Shown one piece after another: positions 29,598-39,208 of a stretch of DNA of 64,000 nt. The translations under genes were made by a program, and so were the position numbers. The notes below the pieces were generated by a model, which saw only the letters and a program-made list of their open reading frames with translations, did no database searches and was not told the DNA's origin. The DNA lies in the NCBI GenBank assembly GCA_040390065.1, contig JAZJZE010000009.1:96001-160000 (forward strand), in the 5' to 3' direction. The number at the start of each line of letters is the position of its first letter. Positions within the stretch are counted from its first letter, which is position 1. The DNA is from a bacterium. Its GTDB lineage: Archaea > Thermoplasmatota > E2 > JACPAO01 > JAHFTW01.

Positions 29598-30638
29598 GTG
29601 CCCCTCTTCGCAGGACGCATCCTGCTGGCCGATGCGGCCGTGGAGGGATGGCTCGAAGTCGAAGGAGGGCGCATCGCGGGGTGGGGGGAAGGCCCGCCGC
29701 CAGAAAAGCCGCAGGCGCGCGGCTGGATCGTCCCATCCCCCGCCAATGCTCACACGCATGTGGCGGACGCGTTCCTACGCGCCGTGCCCGGCAAGCCACG
29801 GGGCGTTGCCGAACTTGTCGGCCCAGGCGGCTGGAAGCAGACCCGCTTGGCCGCGGCAACTGCCCAACAGGTCGTGGCCGGCGTGCACTCCTACGCGGAC
29901 GAGATGGCCGCCGTCGGGACCGCCGCCTTCGTCGACTTCCGGGAGGGCGGCGTCGCGGGAGCCTCTCTGTTGCGCGAGGTGGCCGGCGAGCTTGCCCTGG
30001 CGTGCATGATCCTCGGCAGGCCGATGAAGAACGATTTCAACGCGGAAGAGGCGCAGGCCCTCTTGCCGGTTGTCGACGGCATCGGGCTCTCCGCCTTGCG
30101 GGACTTCCCGAAGGCGTCCGACGCCGCCGACTGGGCCGAGGCGGCGCGGGCTGCCCGCAAGCCCTTCGCGTTGCATGTCAGCGAAGGTCGCCGCGAGGAG
30201 CCGGGCGCCGTGCTTGCGCTCGTGCCGTCGTTCGTCGTGCATGCCACCCAGGCGACGGGACGCGACCTGGCGGCCTTCGCCGACGAGGACGTGCCAATCG
30301 TGGTCTGCCCACGCAGCAATGCCTACTACGGCCTGCGCACACCCGTTGCGGCCATGCGTAACGCCGGCGTGACCATCGCAGTCGGCACGGACAACGGCAT
30401 GCTGCAGGACGGCGACCTGCTGCGCGAGCTGGCACAGATTCGCTCGTGGGAGCCGGGCCTGGGCGACGAGGATCTGCTTCGCATGATGACATGGAACGGC
30501 CGCCGCGTGGCGCGCCTGCAGACGGCGCCGCCGCGCAAGGGCGCCGCCGCGGACTGGATCGTGCTGCCCGAGCGGGCCATCCCGCCAGCCCCCGAACGCC
30601 GACCAGGCTTCGCATTCCCCATGGAGGGCCCGCCGTGA
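29598..30638 (+). CDS. Amidohydrolase/deaminase family protein
   Basis: NAHTH, HVSE, VVH, CPRSN, GTDN metal ligands. Confidence 0.88.
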   Translation: MPLFAGRILLADAAVEGWLEVEGGRIAGWGEGPPPEKPQARGWIVPSPANAHTHVADAFLRAVPGKPRGVAELVGPGGWKQTRLAAATAQQVVAGVHSYADEMAAVGTAAFVDFREGGVAGASLLREVAGELALACMILGRPMKNDFNAEEAQALLPVVDGIGLSALRDFPKASDAADWAEAARAARKPFALHVSEGRREEPGAVLALVPSFVVHATQATGRDLAAFADEDVPIVVCPRSNAYYGLRTPVAAMRNAGVTIAVGTDNGMLQDGDLLRELAQIRSWEPGLGDEDLLRMMTWNGRRVARLQTAPPRKGAAADWIVLPERAIPPAPERRPGFAFPMEGPP

Positions 30639-31279
30639 AGCGCGTTCCGGATTCCGTCGACGTGCCGTGGCGCGAACTCGGTGCGCTCCTGTCCCATCCT
30701 CTCGTGCAGGGCGCTGGCACCATCCAAGTCGTCTCCCGCCAGCAGTTCTGGGACGAAGACGGCCTGCCCTTCCGGTTCGAGGGCGGCGGCTCCATCTGCC
30801 ACATCGTGCCGGACCGCGGCTTTCGCAAGGAGGCGCTGGCCGGCTCCGAGGACGAACGTCTGCTCATCGTCGATTGCCCCGACGACGAGGGCTGGCTTGT
30901 GCCCGAGGACGTCGTCGCGGACTGGATGGCCCGCAACGTCACGGTCCCCGCCCTCGACGACGTTCTGCTGTCGCATCGCCTCTACGAGTACCTGACCCAT
31001 CCGGACGACGAGGGCCTGTCGCGCGGCGGCAAGGGCGACCTCGTGCAGTGGGCTCCGGGGCTGCCGCACCTGGCCAGCATCGCGGCGCCGGAGTTCTTGC
31101 CCAACGACCCGGAAGCCCCAAGGGTGAACCGCGACCGCCGCACGTACGCGGCCGCCGTGAAGGACCTGCTGCGGCAACTGGAGCGACGCTTCGAACTCGA
31201 AGAGATCGAGGTCGGCGTGCGCTTCGGCAAGCCCCCGGCCGCCCCAGAGGACGACCCGGAAGGCGCCGGGGCGGCGTGA
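30635..31279 (+). CDS. Hypothetical protein
   Basis: GTG overlaps the previous stop (GTGA); globular acidic composition. Confidence 0.7.
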   Translation: MKRVPDSVDVPWRELGALLSHPLVQGAGTIQVVSRQQFWDEDGLPFRFEGGGSICHIVPDRGFRKEALAGSEDERLLIVDCPDDEGWLVPEDVVADWMARNVTVPALDDVLLSHRLYEYLTHPDDEGLSRGGKGDLVQWAPGLPHLASIAAPEFLPNDPEAPRVNRDRRTYAAAVKDLLRQLERRFELEEIEVGVRFGKPPAAPEDDPEGAGAA

Positions 31280-31350
31280 ATCCGGCTACGCAAGGCCGCA
31301 CCGCCGAGTTGTCCGGCGACGGCGCCTCACACGAGGTGGCCGCGTGGCTG

Positions 31351-31447
31351 AGTGTGGGCGGCCTGGGAGAACCGTGAACGCAGGAAAATGGGTGAAACGT
31401 GTTTTCCTGGTTTCGCAAGGTTCACTGATTTTCCAGGCCTCCCCCAC
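31351..31447. repeat. Palindromic element with AGTGTGGGCGGCCT terminus
   Basis: GTGGGCGGCCTGGGA...GTGAAC...CAGGAAAA / TTTTCCTG...GTTCAC...TTCCAGGCCTCCCCCAC; same terminus as 61469 and 6557. Confidence 0.75.
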
Positions 31448-31659
31448 CGGCCGCGAGGGCGACGACGCCATCGGTTTCATCGGTTGGCAGGTCGGGCCAA
31501 GCCTGCCACGACCGATTCATCCCAAACTGGCGAGGCCGCCGTCGGAGCCTGACGAAGCGCTCAGCCGTCCTCAGGCAGCAGGCATTCCAGCCCTTCGGGA
31601 AATCCGTGCTTCGGCAGGCTGGCGTTGCCGTTTTCTATCCCGTCCCCGTCGCAGCCGTC

Positions 31660-33495
31660 GTGCCGGACAAGACCGACCTCGTGATGGACCTCGCCAAGCG
31701 CCGCGGCTTCCTCTGGCCGAGCTACGACATCTACGGCGGCGCCGCCGGCTTCTGCGACTACGGGCCGCTCGGGGCCGCGATGAAGAAACGCTTCGAGGAC
31801 CTGTGGCGCCACATCTTCGTGGCGACGGAGGAGACGCCGATGGCGGAGATCTTCTGCCCGCGTGTGACGCCGAGTGAAGTCCTCGAGGCGTCCGGCCACG
31901 TCGCCGAGTTCACGGACGTCGTCGTAAAGTGCGCCAAGGGCCACCCGAGCCGCGCCGACCACCTCGTCACCGCAGCGGGTTACAAGGGCAATGCGGGCGT
32001 CCTCAAGCCCAGCGAACTCGATGCGCAGATTGCCGTGCTCAAGGCGAAATGCCCGACGTGCGGCGAGACCAAGTGGTCCCCGGCCGCGCGCCAGAACCTC
32101 ATGAACCAGACGGAGATCGGCCCCGGCTCCGGCCGCGTCGGATACCTGCGCCCCGAGACCGCGCAAGGCATCTTCACGGACTTCCCCCTCCTGTTCCGGC
32201 ATTTCCGCGAACGCCTCCCGTTCGGCGTCGTCCAGCTGGGCGGTTCGAACCGCAACGAGATCAGCCCCCGCCAAGGCATGCTGCGCCTGCGGGAGTTCAG
32301 CATGATGGAGGCCGAGATCTTCTACGACCCCGCCGAGAAGAGGCACCCGCGCTTCGGCGACGTCGCCGACCGCACCGCCACTTTCGTGCCGCAGACTGAC
32401 GAGAAGGACCACGTCCTCACGTTCCGCCAGGCCGTCGACCAGAAGATGGTCGCCAACCAAGCCCTCGCCTATTGGCTCGCGCGCACGCAGGAATTCCTGG
32501 TCGCCGCCGGCCTGGACCCGAAGCGCCTGCATTTCCGGCAACACCTCAAGGACGAGATGGCGCACTACGCCGCAGATTGCTGGGACGCCGAATTCCACAG
32601 CGACCGCTACGGCTGGGTCGAATGCGTGGGTGTCGCCGACCGCGGGAACTACGACTTGACGCAGCATGCAAAGAAGAGTGGCGTCGATGTCCTGAACCCG
32701 ATGACGGGCGCGACGGAGCGTCGGCTGAACCCCGAGTTTCTCCGCTTCGTCAAAGCACCGGCCCAGCCGACCGGATTCTCGTCCGTCGACCACGTCCCGT
32801 CGAAGAAGTTCTTCCCGACGTTCAAGCAGAAAGCCAAGGCGCTCGAGTGGGCAATGTCGGCTGCCTCCCCGTATGCTCGTGAAGCAGCGGCCCACGGCGT
32901 CGGCGGCCACGACTGGCAGCGCCGCGACGAGGATTGGCTCATCACCGAAACCGTCGTCAAGACCGACGCCGCCTCGCAGCCCCTTCGTCTCAAGGTCGGC
33001 GCGGAGACCGTCGAAGTCCCCGCCGACTGCTACAACGTCGTCGCCAAGGATGTCGTCGTGCAAGGTCGCCGCACCATCCCCTGCGTCATCGAGCCGTCCT
33101 TCGGCGTCGACCGCATCCTCTACGCCATCTGGGAGCACGCCTACGAGTCGGGCCAGAAGAACGGCGAAGCGTACACGCGGTTGCGCCTCAGCCCAAAGGT
33201 GGCGCCGGTGCAGGTCGCAGTCCTGCCGCTCACGGGGAAGGACGGTTTGCCCGAGAGGGCCAAGGAGATTGAGTGGACTCTGCGCCGCGCGGGACTCCTC
33301 ACGGATTTCGACGAGTCGGGCTCGATCGGCCGCCGCTACGCGCGCCAGGACGAAGTCGGGACACCGTTCTGCATCACCATCGACAACGAGACCTTGGTGG
33401 ACAAGGCGGTCACAATCCGCGAGCGGGACTCCGGCGCACAGGTTCGCGTCCCAATCGCGGGGCTGGCGGGCCACTTGTCAAGTCGTCTCGCCTGA
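31660..33495 (+). CDS. glyS: Glycine--tRNA ligase (alpha2, archaeal/eukaryotic type)
   Basis: KRRGFLWPS, YLRPETAQGIF, RNEISPRQG.LRLREF, EMAHYA, VIEPSFGVDR, SIGRRYARQDEVGTPF. Confidence 0.96.
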   Translation: MPDKTDLVMDLAKRRGFLWPSYDIYGGAAGFCDYGPLGAAMKKRFEDLWRHIFVATEETPMAEIFCPRVTPSEVLEASGHVAEFTDVVVKCAKGHPSRADHLVTAAGYKGNAGVLKPSELDAQIAVLKAKCPTCGETKWSPAARQNLMNQTEIGPGSGRVGYLRPETAQGIFTDFPLLFRHFRERLPFGVVQLGGSNRNEISPRQGMLRLREFSMMEAEIFYDPAEKRHPRFGDVADRTATFVPQTDEKDHVLTFRQAVDQKMVANQALAYWLARTQEFLVAAGLDPKRLHFRQHLKDEMAHYAADCWDAEFHSDRYGWVECVGVADRGNYDLTQHAKKSGVDVLNPMTGATERRLNPEFLRFVKAPAQPTGFSSVDHVPSKKFFPTFKQKAKALEWAMSAASPYAREAAAHGVGGHDWQRRDEDWLITETVVKTDAASQPLRLKVGAETVEVPADCYNVVAKDVVVQGRRTIPCVIEPSFGVDRILYAIWEHAYESGQKNGEAYTRLRLSPKVAPVQVAVLPLTGKDGLPERAKEIEWTLRRAGLLTDFDESGSIGRRYARQDEVGTPFCITIDNETLVDKAVTIRERDSGAQVRVPIAGLAGHLSSRLA

Positions 33496-33594
33496 GTGTG
33501 GGGGGCCTCAGAGAACGGGAGCAGAACGGAGAACAGGAACCCATTCCCCTTCTCTCCGTGGCATTCCTGTTCTCCCAGCCCGCCCTAGCTCAGG
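33491..33594. repeat. Palindromic element starting at the glyS stop
   Basis: CCTGAGTGTGGGGGC...GAGAAC repeats / GTTCTC...GCCC...CTCAGG. Confidence 0.6.
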
Positions 33595-33716
33595 AAGGGC
33601 AGCGCGCCGCAGAAACCTCGGAATGACCGAAAGACCCGCATTGGCAGTACCGGCCCTTCCGTCCAGAACACCCTCGCCGATGCGGCGGACCCGCAATCCA
33701 GGCAGGCCGAAATCTC

Positions 33717-34031
33717 CTACGTCGAGCGGTTGTCCACGACGACGACGCGTGGTTTGTCCTCGGCGAAGGCCCGGATGGCCCCGCCGACGGCGGCAAGCAC
33801 GATGCCGATGCCGGCGCCGATCAGGCCGGAGATGGCGATGACCATGCCCATCTGGGCTCGCGCCTGGGTCTCCTTGTCGTTGCCGGACGAAAAGAGTGTC
33901 GGGTCCTGGTGGTTGGCCAGGGCGGCGTCGAAGCCGAAGTATCCGATGGCGGCGGCAAGGAGCCCGGCGCCGACGAGGACGACGCCGGGGATGAGAAGGA
34001 ACGTTCCGATGCCGTACGCGATGCGGGCCAT
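33717..34031 (-). CDS. Two-TM membrane protein
   Basis: Two Gly/Ala-rich helices; similar to the N-terminus of 35077-35967. Confidence 0.7.
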   Translation of the reverse strand: MARIAYGIGTFLLIPGVVLVGAGLLAAAIGYFGFDAALANHQDPTLFSSGNDKETQARAQMGMVIAISGLIGAGIGIVLAAVGGAIRAFAEDKPRVVVVDNRST

Positions 34032-34084
34032 GCGACTCGATGCCGCGGCCTGGCAAAAAAGCGTTCCGGTGGTCCTGCCGAAGC

Positions 34085-34303
34085 CTAGGCGGGGTCGCGG
34101 CCGCGCTTGCGCCGTTCGGCCGATGTGCCCAAGAAGCACAACGCCAGGGCGATGACCAGGGCGCCGACGATGGTCGGCATGTAGATGAACGACGACCAGC
34201 CGGCGGGCTCGAAGGCCATGCGCACGCCCATGCCGCTTGCCAGAAGGAGAGCGCAGGCTGCGAGGACGAAGTACATGCGGCGCGGGCGCGACGTGGCGTT
34301 CAT
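34085..34303 (-). CDS. Small membrane protein
   Basis: ATG overlaps the methyltransferase stop; two hydrophobic helices. Confidence 0.6.
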   Translation of the reverse strand: MNATSRPRRMYFVLAACALLLASGMGVRMAFEPAGWSSFIYMPTIVGALVIALALCFLGTSAERRKRGRDPA

Positions 34304-35040
34304 GCCGCCACCTGCCGGACGCGTTCGAAGAGGATGACGGCGGCGGCCGCGCTGACGTTGAGGGACAAGTCGCCACCGGGCGTCGGGATGCAGGCGCGGC
34401 CGTCGACGGCGTCGAGGGTCTGCCGCGACAAGCCTTCGGATTCGCCGCCGAAGACGACGCAGATGGGGCCACTCAACTTCAGGCGCCAGGGGGCCTTGCC
34501 GCCGTTGGCGTCGGCGCCGATCACCCAGACGCCTTCGCGCTTCAGTGTGGCAACGGCGGTCGCCAGGCTGGAGACGTGGGCGACGGGCAGGAGCGAGAAG
34601 GCGCCGGAGGCCGCCTTGATGGCGCCCGTCCCAATGGTCGCGGTGCCCTTCTCGGGGACGATGAGGCCGTCGGCGCCGGCCAGGAGCGCGCTGCGGGCAA
34701 TGGCGCCCAGGTTCTGCGGGTCTTCGATGCCGTCGACGGCGACCAGGAACGGTTCGTGCCCGGCCTGGCGGGCCCCCTCGATGAGGTCGCGCACACTCAC
34801 GTTGGCAAGCGGGGCGACGATGGCGCCGACGCCTTGGCTTGCCGTGCCCACGGTGCGCACGAGGTCGCCCGGGGTGACGTAGCGTACCACGAGGCCGCGC
34901 GTGGTGGCCTCGGCGATGATCTGGTCGAGGGCGTCGTCCTGGCCTGCTTCCCTGGAAACGAGGACGGAGTGCACCTCGCGGCCGCTGCGCAGCGCCTGCA
35001 GGACTGCGTGTCTGCCGGCGATGCCCTCGCGCTCGGCCAC
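34300..35040 (-). CDS. TrmH/RlmB-like SPOUT 2'-O-methyltransferase
   Basis: GRHAV, EDPQNLGAIARSA, GGESEGL, SLNVSAAAAV. Confidence 0.93.
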   Translation of the reverse strand: MAEREGIAGRHAVLQALRSGREVHSVLVSREAGQDDALDQIIAEATTRGLVVRYVTPGDLVRTVGTASQGVGAIVAPLANVSVRDLIEGARQAGHEPFLVAVDGIEDPQNLGAIARSALLAGADGLIVPEKGTATIGTGAIKAASGAFSLLPVAHVSSLATAVATLKREGVWVIGADANGGKAPWRLKLSGPICVVFGGESEGLSRQTLDAVDGRACIPTPGGDLSLNVSAAAAVILFERVRQVAA

Positions 35041-35076
35041 GGCATCCCGAAGCCGGCCACCATCAAAGCCCTGGCG

Positions 35077-35967
35077 TCATGAGACGCAGAGGACCGCCAA
35101 GGAGAAGTCCTGCGGCGGCACCACTTGGGCATCACCGTCGGGGAAGACCGCGAGGTGGTACGCGACGCCCGGAGCAAACTTGTCGCCCGCCGTGCGCAGG
35201 TCCATGACCAGCCCCGGACCGCCGTGGCCCTCCTTGGCGAGCGTTCCACCGACGCTGGCTTGCAACTCGAGCGCCGTCGGCCCGCCTGTGGTGGGGCTCC
35301 AATTCAGGGTCACAGTGCAGGCGGTGCTGCCGGCGGGGACGGTGAAGTCGGCGCCGTTGTTGCCGCCGCCGTTCAGGGCCATGCCGTTCACGGATACGCC
35401 TTGCACGTTGCCGGCGTGCGTCTCGTTGAGAAGGATGCCGCTGGGGCCGGACTCGGGGGGGCGACTGGCGCCGCCGGACATCACGCCCTTGAAACCCCCG
35501 ACTGCCACGAAGGCCCACACGACCAGCACGAGAGCGAAAAGGAGAATGCCCGCGATTGCGGCCCGGCGAGCGCCCGACGGTTGGGTCGCCGGGGCGGCGG
35601 TTCGGGCCGATGCGGGTTCTGCCGCCGCGCCTTTGACTGAGCGGGAGGCGGCGGTTGCGGCATTCGCGTTGGCGACGGCCGCGGCGCCGACGGCGCGCGT
35701 CATCTGCGTGTCGCGGCGCGCCCCGCCTGCAACGAGGAGGACGATTCCCACGATGACGGCGGCAAGGCCGGCCGCGGCGCCGATTGCGCCGTACGTGATG
35801 ACTTGCTTGTTCTCCTCCGTCTTCTTGTTGTCCTGGAACAAACCATGGTCCTGGTTGTCCTTCTGCTGCATGAAGCCGTACGCGGCCGCCCCGAGGCCGC
35901 CCACGACGGCGACGATGCCTAGGATCAGGAAAACGACGCCAAACGACTTGAGGATGCCACCGGCCAT
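35077..35967 (-). CDS. Membrane protein with C-terminal extracellular beta domain
   Basis: Three TM segments, Ala-rich linker, Gly/Thr/Asn-rich C-terminus. Confidence 0.72.
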   Translation of the reverse strand: MAGGILKSFGVVFLILGIVAVVGGLGAAAYGFMQQKDNQDHGLFQDNKKTEENKQVITYGAIGAAAGLAAVIVGIVLLVAGGARRDTQMTRAVGAAAVANANAATAASRSVKGAAAEPASARTAAPATQPSGARRAAIAGILLFALVLVVWAFVAVGGFKGVMSGGASRPPESGPSGILLNETHAGNVQGVSVNGMALNGGGNNGADFTVPAGSTACTVTLNWSPTTGGPTALELQASVGGTLAKEGHGGPGLVMDLRTAGDKFAPGVAYHLAVFPDGDAQVVPPQDFSLAVLCVS

Positions 35968-36035
35968 GCCGCGGCCAGGAACGTTTCACTTGAAAAGCCC
36001 TGCGTGCGCCGTCCCGTCGGCACGGGGTTTCGGAC

Positions 36036-37301
36036 TCAGCCGGCAACACCGTTGGGGGAGGCGTCCTCCGGGTGGTCGCGCTGGGGCGGCTCCTTGAATC
36101 CAGCCCACGCCACCAGGGCAACGAACGCCAGCCCAGATACGCCGGCGCCCCATGCGAAGGCTGCCCACGGCCCGTATGCGTCCCACAGCAGGCCCGCCGC
36201 AAGGCCGCCCAGGATGGTCGCGACACCCGTCGTGAAATGGAACCAGCCCAAGCGGTGGGAACGGCCGGAGGAGCCAGCCAGGTCGGCCGCCAGCGCGCGC
36301 CCCGTGCCTTCGGTGGCCGCGAACGAGAAGCCGAGCACCACGAAGCCGGCGGCGATGCTCCATCCGCTTGGCTGCAGTGCGAAGAGGGCAAACGAGCCGG
36401 CGGCCAAGGCGTAGCCGAAGGCGAGGACGCGGATGCGCCCAAAGCGGTCGGTCAGCTGCCCGGCGGGGTACGCCGCGGCCATGTAGACGAGGTTGAAGAC
36501 GAGGTAGAGAAGGACGGCCCCCGCCGCGGTCGGCAGCCCGCCCCAGCGCAAGGCCGCGGCGCGCAAGATGAAGAACAGGTAACTCACGTGGCCGAGGTAG
36601 AACAATCCGGACACCACGAGGTAGCCGCCGTAGCGCGGTGACAGCGGTTCCAAGGGGGAGGCGCCGTCCTGCACTGCATCGCGGGGCCGCCGCACGAACA
36701 GGATCGGGATGACGGACGTCAGGCCGATGACGGCTCCGGCCAGGACGATCTTGGATTCCAGGCTGCTCTGCACCTTCGGGTCCGTGGATTGGAACGAGGC
36801 GAGGGCCACGAGGGCGATCACGATGCCGATGACGGCGCCTGCCGTGTCCGCGGCGCGGTGCAAGCCGAAGGCCCGCCCGCGTGCGTTCCTTGGCACGACG
36901 TCAGCGAGCATGGCATCGCGCGGTGCGGTGCGCAATCCCTTTCCGACGCGGTCGAGGGAGCGAAATGCCAGGCTCACGGGCCAAGCGGTCGCGAGGGCGA
37001 CGCCGAAGCGCGACGCGGACGCCAGACCGTAGCCGCCGGCCACGATGGCCTTCTTGCGCGACGACCGCTCCCCCCAGTAGCCGCCGACCAGCTTGAAGAA
37101 ATGGCCCACGGCTTCGCTGCCGCCGCCGACGATGCCGAGACCCAGGCCGGTCGCGCCCTGTGCCACGAGCAGGAACGGCAAGACTGATTGCAGCATCTCG
37201 CCGGAGACGTCGGAGATAAGGCTCGCGGCCGACAGGAGCCGGATGTCCCTCCAGGCTGCCAGGTCGCGTGCCACTGTGCATGCGAGGGCTGGCCCCCGCA
37301 T
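36036..37301 (-). CDS. MFS transporter
   Basis: SDVSGEM, DRVGKGLRTAPRDAML, RGRAFGLHRAADTAGA; about 12 TM. Confidence 0.92.
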   Translation of the reverse strand: MRGPALACTVARDLAAWRDIRLLSAASLISDVSGEMLQSVLPFLLVAQGATGLGLGIVGGGSEAVGHFFKLVGGYWGERSSRKKAIVAGGYGLASASRFGVALATAWPVSLAFRSLDRVGKGLRTAPRDAMLADVVPRNARGRAFGLHRAADTAGAVIGIVIALVALASFQSTDPKVQSSLESKIVLAGAVIGLTSVIPILFVRRPRDAVQDGASPLEPLSPRYGGYLVVSGLFYLGHVSYLFFILRAAALRWGGLPTAAGAVLLYLVFNLVYMAAAYPAGQLTDRFGRIRVLAFGYALAAGSFALFALQPSGWSIAAGFVVLGFSFAATEGTGRALAADLAGSSGRSHRLGWFHFTTGVATILGGLAAGLLWDAYGPWAAFAWGAGVSGLAFVALVAWAGFKEPPQRDHPEDASPNGVAG

Positions 37302-37354
37302 CAGGCTTCTGCCCTGACGGGCATGTTCTTGGGCCGCCGAGACCGTCGTGGGGC

Positions 37355-38230
37355 GTGGCCCAGGCCGCTTTGCGCAGGCCCGAAAACGCCGCGGGCGACT
37401 TCTTCGTCGACACGACCTGCATCGACTGCGACACGTGCCGGTGGATGGCACCCTCGGTGTTCGCCCGGCGCGGCCCGATGAGCGCCGTGGCGCACCAGCC
37501 GCAAGGTGCGTCGGAGCGTCGGGCGGCACTGCACGCCTTGCTCAGTTGTCCCACAGCCTCCATCGGGACGACCGCGAAGGCCCCCGACCTCGCCGTCGCC
37601 CAACGCGAATTCCCGATCCCCATCGTGGGCGACGTGTTCCACTGCGGTTACCACAGCCCGGACTCGTTCGGTGCGGCAAGCTACTTCATCCGCCGACCCG
37701 GAGGCAACGTCCTCATCGACTCGCCCCGCTTCACGGCACCACTCGTGCGCCAGCTCGACGAGATGGGCGGCGTGGCCTGGATGCTGCTGACGCACCGCGA
37801 CGACGTGGCCGACCACGACAAGTTCGCCACGCACTTCGGACTACGCCGGGTCATCCATGCCCGCGATGCTGGCGGCGTCGACGCCGAGACCGTCCTGGAG
37901 GGCGACAATGCGGCGCAGATCCTGCCGGGGCTCATGGCCATCCCGACCCCGGGCCACACGGCCGGCCACATGGTCTTCCTTTGGGCGCAATCCGGCGGCG
38001 TCCTGTTCACCGGCGACCACCTCGCCTACGACGATGAAGCGGGCCACCTCGAGGCATGGCCCGACGTCTGCTGGCACGACTGGGGTGCACAGACGGCCAG
38101 CATGCGGCGACTCACGGACATCGACTTCGAATGGGTGCTTCCCGGGCATGGCCGCCGGGTCCACCTTGACGAGCCGACGATGAAGCGCGAACTCCTGCGC
38201 CTGCTTGCCTGGATGACGAGCCAGGCATGA
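37355..38230 (+). CDS. MBL-fold metallohydrolase with N-terminal ferredoxin-like domain
   Basis: CIDCDTC...CP; LTHRDDVADH, PGHTAGH, TGDH, PGHG. Confidence 0.9.
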   Translation: MAQAALRRPENAAGDFFVDTTCIDCDTCRWMAPSVFARRGPMSAVAHQPQGASERRAALHALLSCPTASIGTTAKAPDLAVAQREFPIPIVGDVFHCGYHSPDSFGAASYFIRRPGGNVLIDSPRFTAPLVRQLDEMGGVAWMLLTHRDDVADHDKFATHFGLRRVIHARDAGGVDAETVLEGDNAAQILPGLMAIPTPGHTAGHMVFLWAQSGGVLFTGDHLAYDDEAGHLEAWPDVCWHDWGAQTASMRRLTDIDFEWVLPGHGRRVHLDEPTMKRELLRLLAWMTSQA

Positions 38231-38243
38231 CCGCCACGCTTCT

Positions 38244-39005
38244 GTGTCAGGCACGGCTGGGCGCCGCGTGGACCCGGTCGCAACGGAACGCCTGTGGCTG
38301 ACGCAGCCGCGGCGCAGCACATGCCTTGCCCGCGTGGTTGCGGTCCGCGGCGACAAGGTGGCCTTCGACCGCAGCCTCTTTGCACCGGCAAGCCACGCGC
38401 ATCGCCACCCGCAGCCGCACGATACCGGCACCGTCTGGGTCGAAGGCGAGAAGCGCCGGATGGACCGGGCGTTCCTGCGCGACGGCACGCTCTGGCACCA
38501 CATCCGCGGGCGCGTGCCGGCAGTCGGGGCCGCGCTCAACTGCCAACTCGACCAGGACCGACGCGAGCGGGCGTCGCGGGCGCACACCGCCATGCACCTT
38601 CTGATTGCGGCCGTGCAAGGGGCGTCCGGCCCGGCACTCGCCGGCGAGCCCTCCGTGAAGGGCGGCGGCACCTTCCGCCTCGAATTCGCGACCAGGCACA
38701 TCCCAGCCCCGGACCTGGCGGCTTGGCTTGCCCGCGCCAATACGTGGGTCCAGGAGGACCACAAGGTATCCGTCGAGCACGTGCTGCGTGAACTTGCCGC
38801 GCGCGCCCTTGACGTGCAGCGCTTCGATCCGCCACACGCGTATCCGGGACCCGACTTGACGATCGACGCCGTCCGCATCGAGGGCGTCTGCGCGTACCCG
38901 TGCGACGGGACGCACGTCGAACGCACCGGCCGCGTCGGCCGCATCGTCATCAGCCAAGCGCACGCCTCCGCCGGGCGCTTCGTCGTGGTCGGCCGCGTCG
39001 GCTAG
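38244..39005 (+). CDS. AlaXp-like free-standing tRNA editing protein
   Basis: HTAMH and PCDGTHV zinc ligands; N-terminal beta barrel. Confidence 0.8.
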   Translation: MSGTAGRRVDPVATERLWLTQPRRSTCLARVVAVRGDKVAFDRSLFAPASHAHRHPQPHDTGTVWVEGEKRRMDRAFLRDGTLWHHIRGRVPAVGAALNCQLDQDRRERASRAHTAMHLLIAAVQGASGPALAGEPSVKGGGTFRLEFATRHIPAPDLAAWLARANTWVQEDHKVSVEHVLRELAARALDVQRFDPPHAYPGPDLTIDAVRIEGVCAYPCDGTHVERTGRVGRIVISQAHASAGRFVVVGRVG

Positions 39006-39057
39006 GCTGCGGGTTGCAAGACGAAAAAGCCAAGAACGGGCAGTCCCGATTTCGGGC

Positions 39058-39207
39058 ATGGCCCCCGACCCCAAGATGGACGTCAACCGCGGCGACAAGG
39101 CCGCCGCCGAGCGCCTTGCGATGCTGAAGGAGTTGGCCAAGATGACGAAGCCCACCGGCGCCTCGGCCAAGGGCAAGGCCGTCGAGAAGCCGGACGAGGA
39201 CGAATAG
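39058..39207 (+). CDS. Small protein (49 aa, not in ORF track)
   Basis: MAPDPKMDVNRGDKAAAERLAMLKELAKMTKPTGASAKGKAVEKPDEDE with strongly host-like codon usage; fills the gap exactly. Confidence 0.6.
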   Translation: MAPDPKMDVNRGDKAAAERLAMLKELAKMTKPTGASAKGKAVEKPDEDE

Positions 39208-39208
39208 T

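Noticed and set aside
32640-33080. Intein or extra domain in glyS
   Set aside because: It falls at the normal variable insertion of alpha2 GlyRS and has no intein splice motifs.
35060-36005. AAAGCCCTG shared at about 35065 and 35995 as a cassette boundary
   Set aside because: Both lie about 25-35 nt upstream of start codons and are better explained as promoter consensus.
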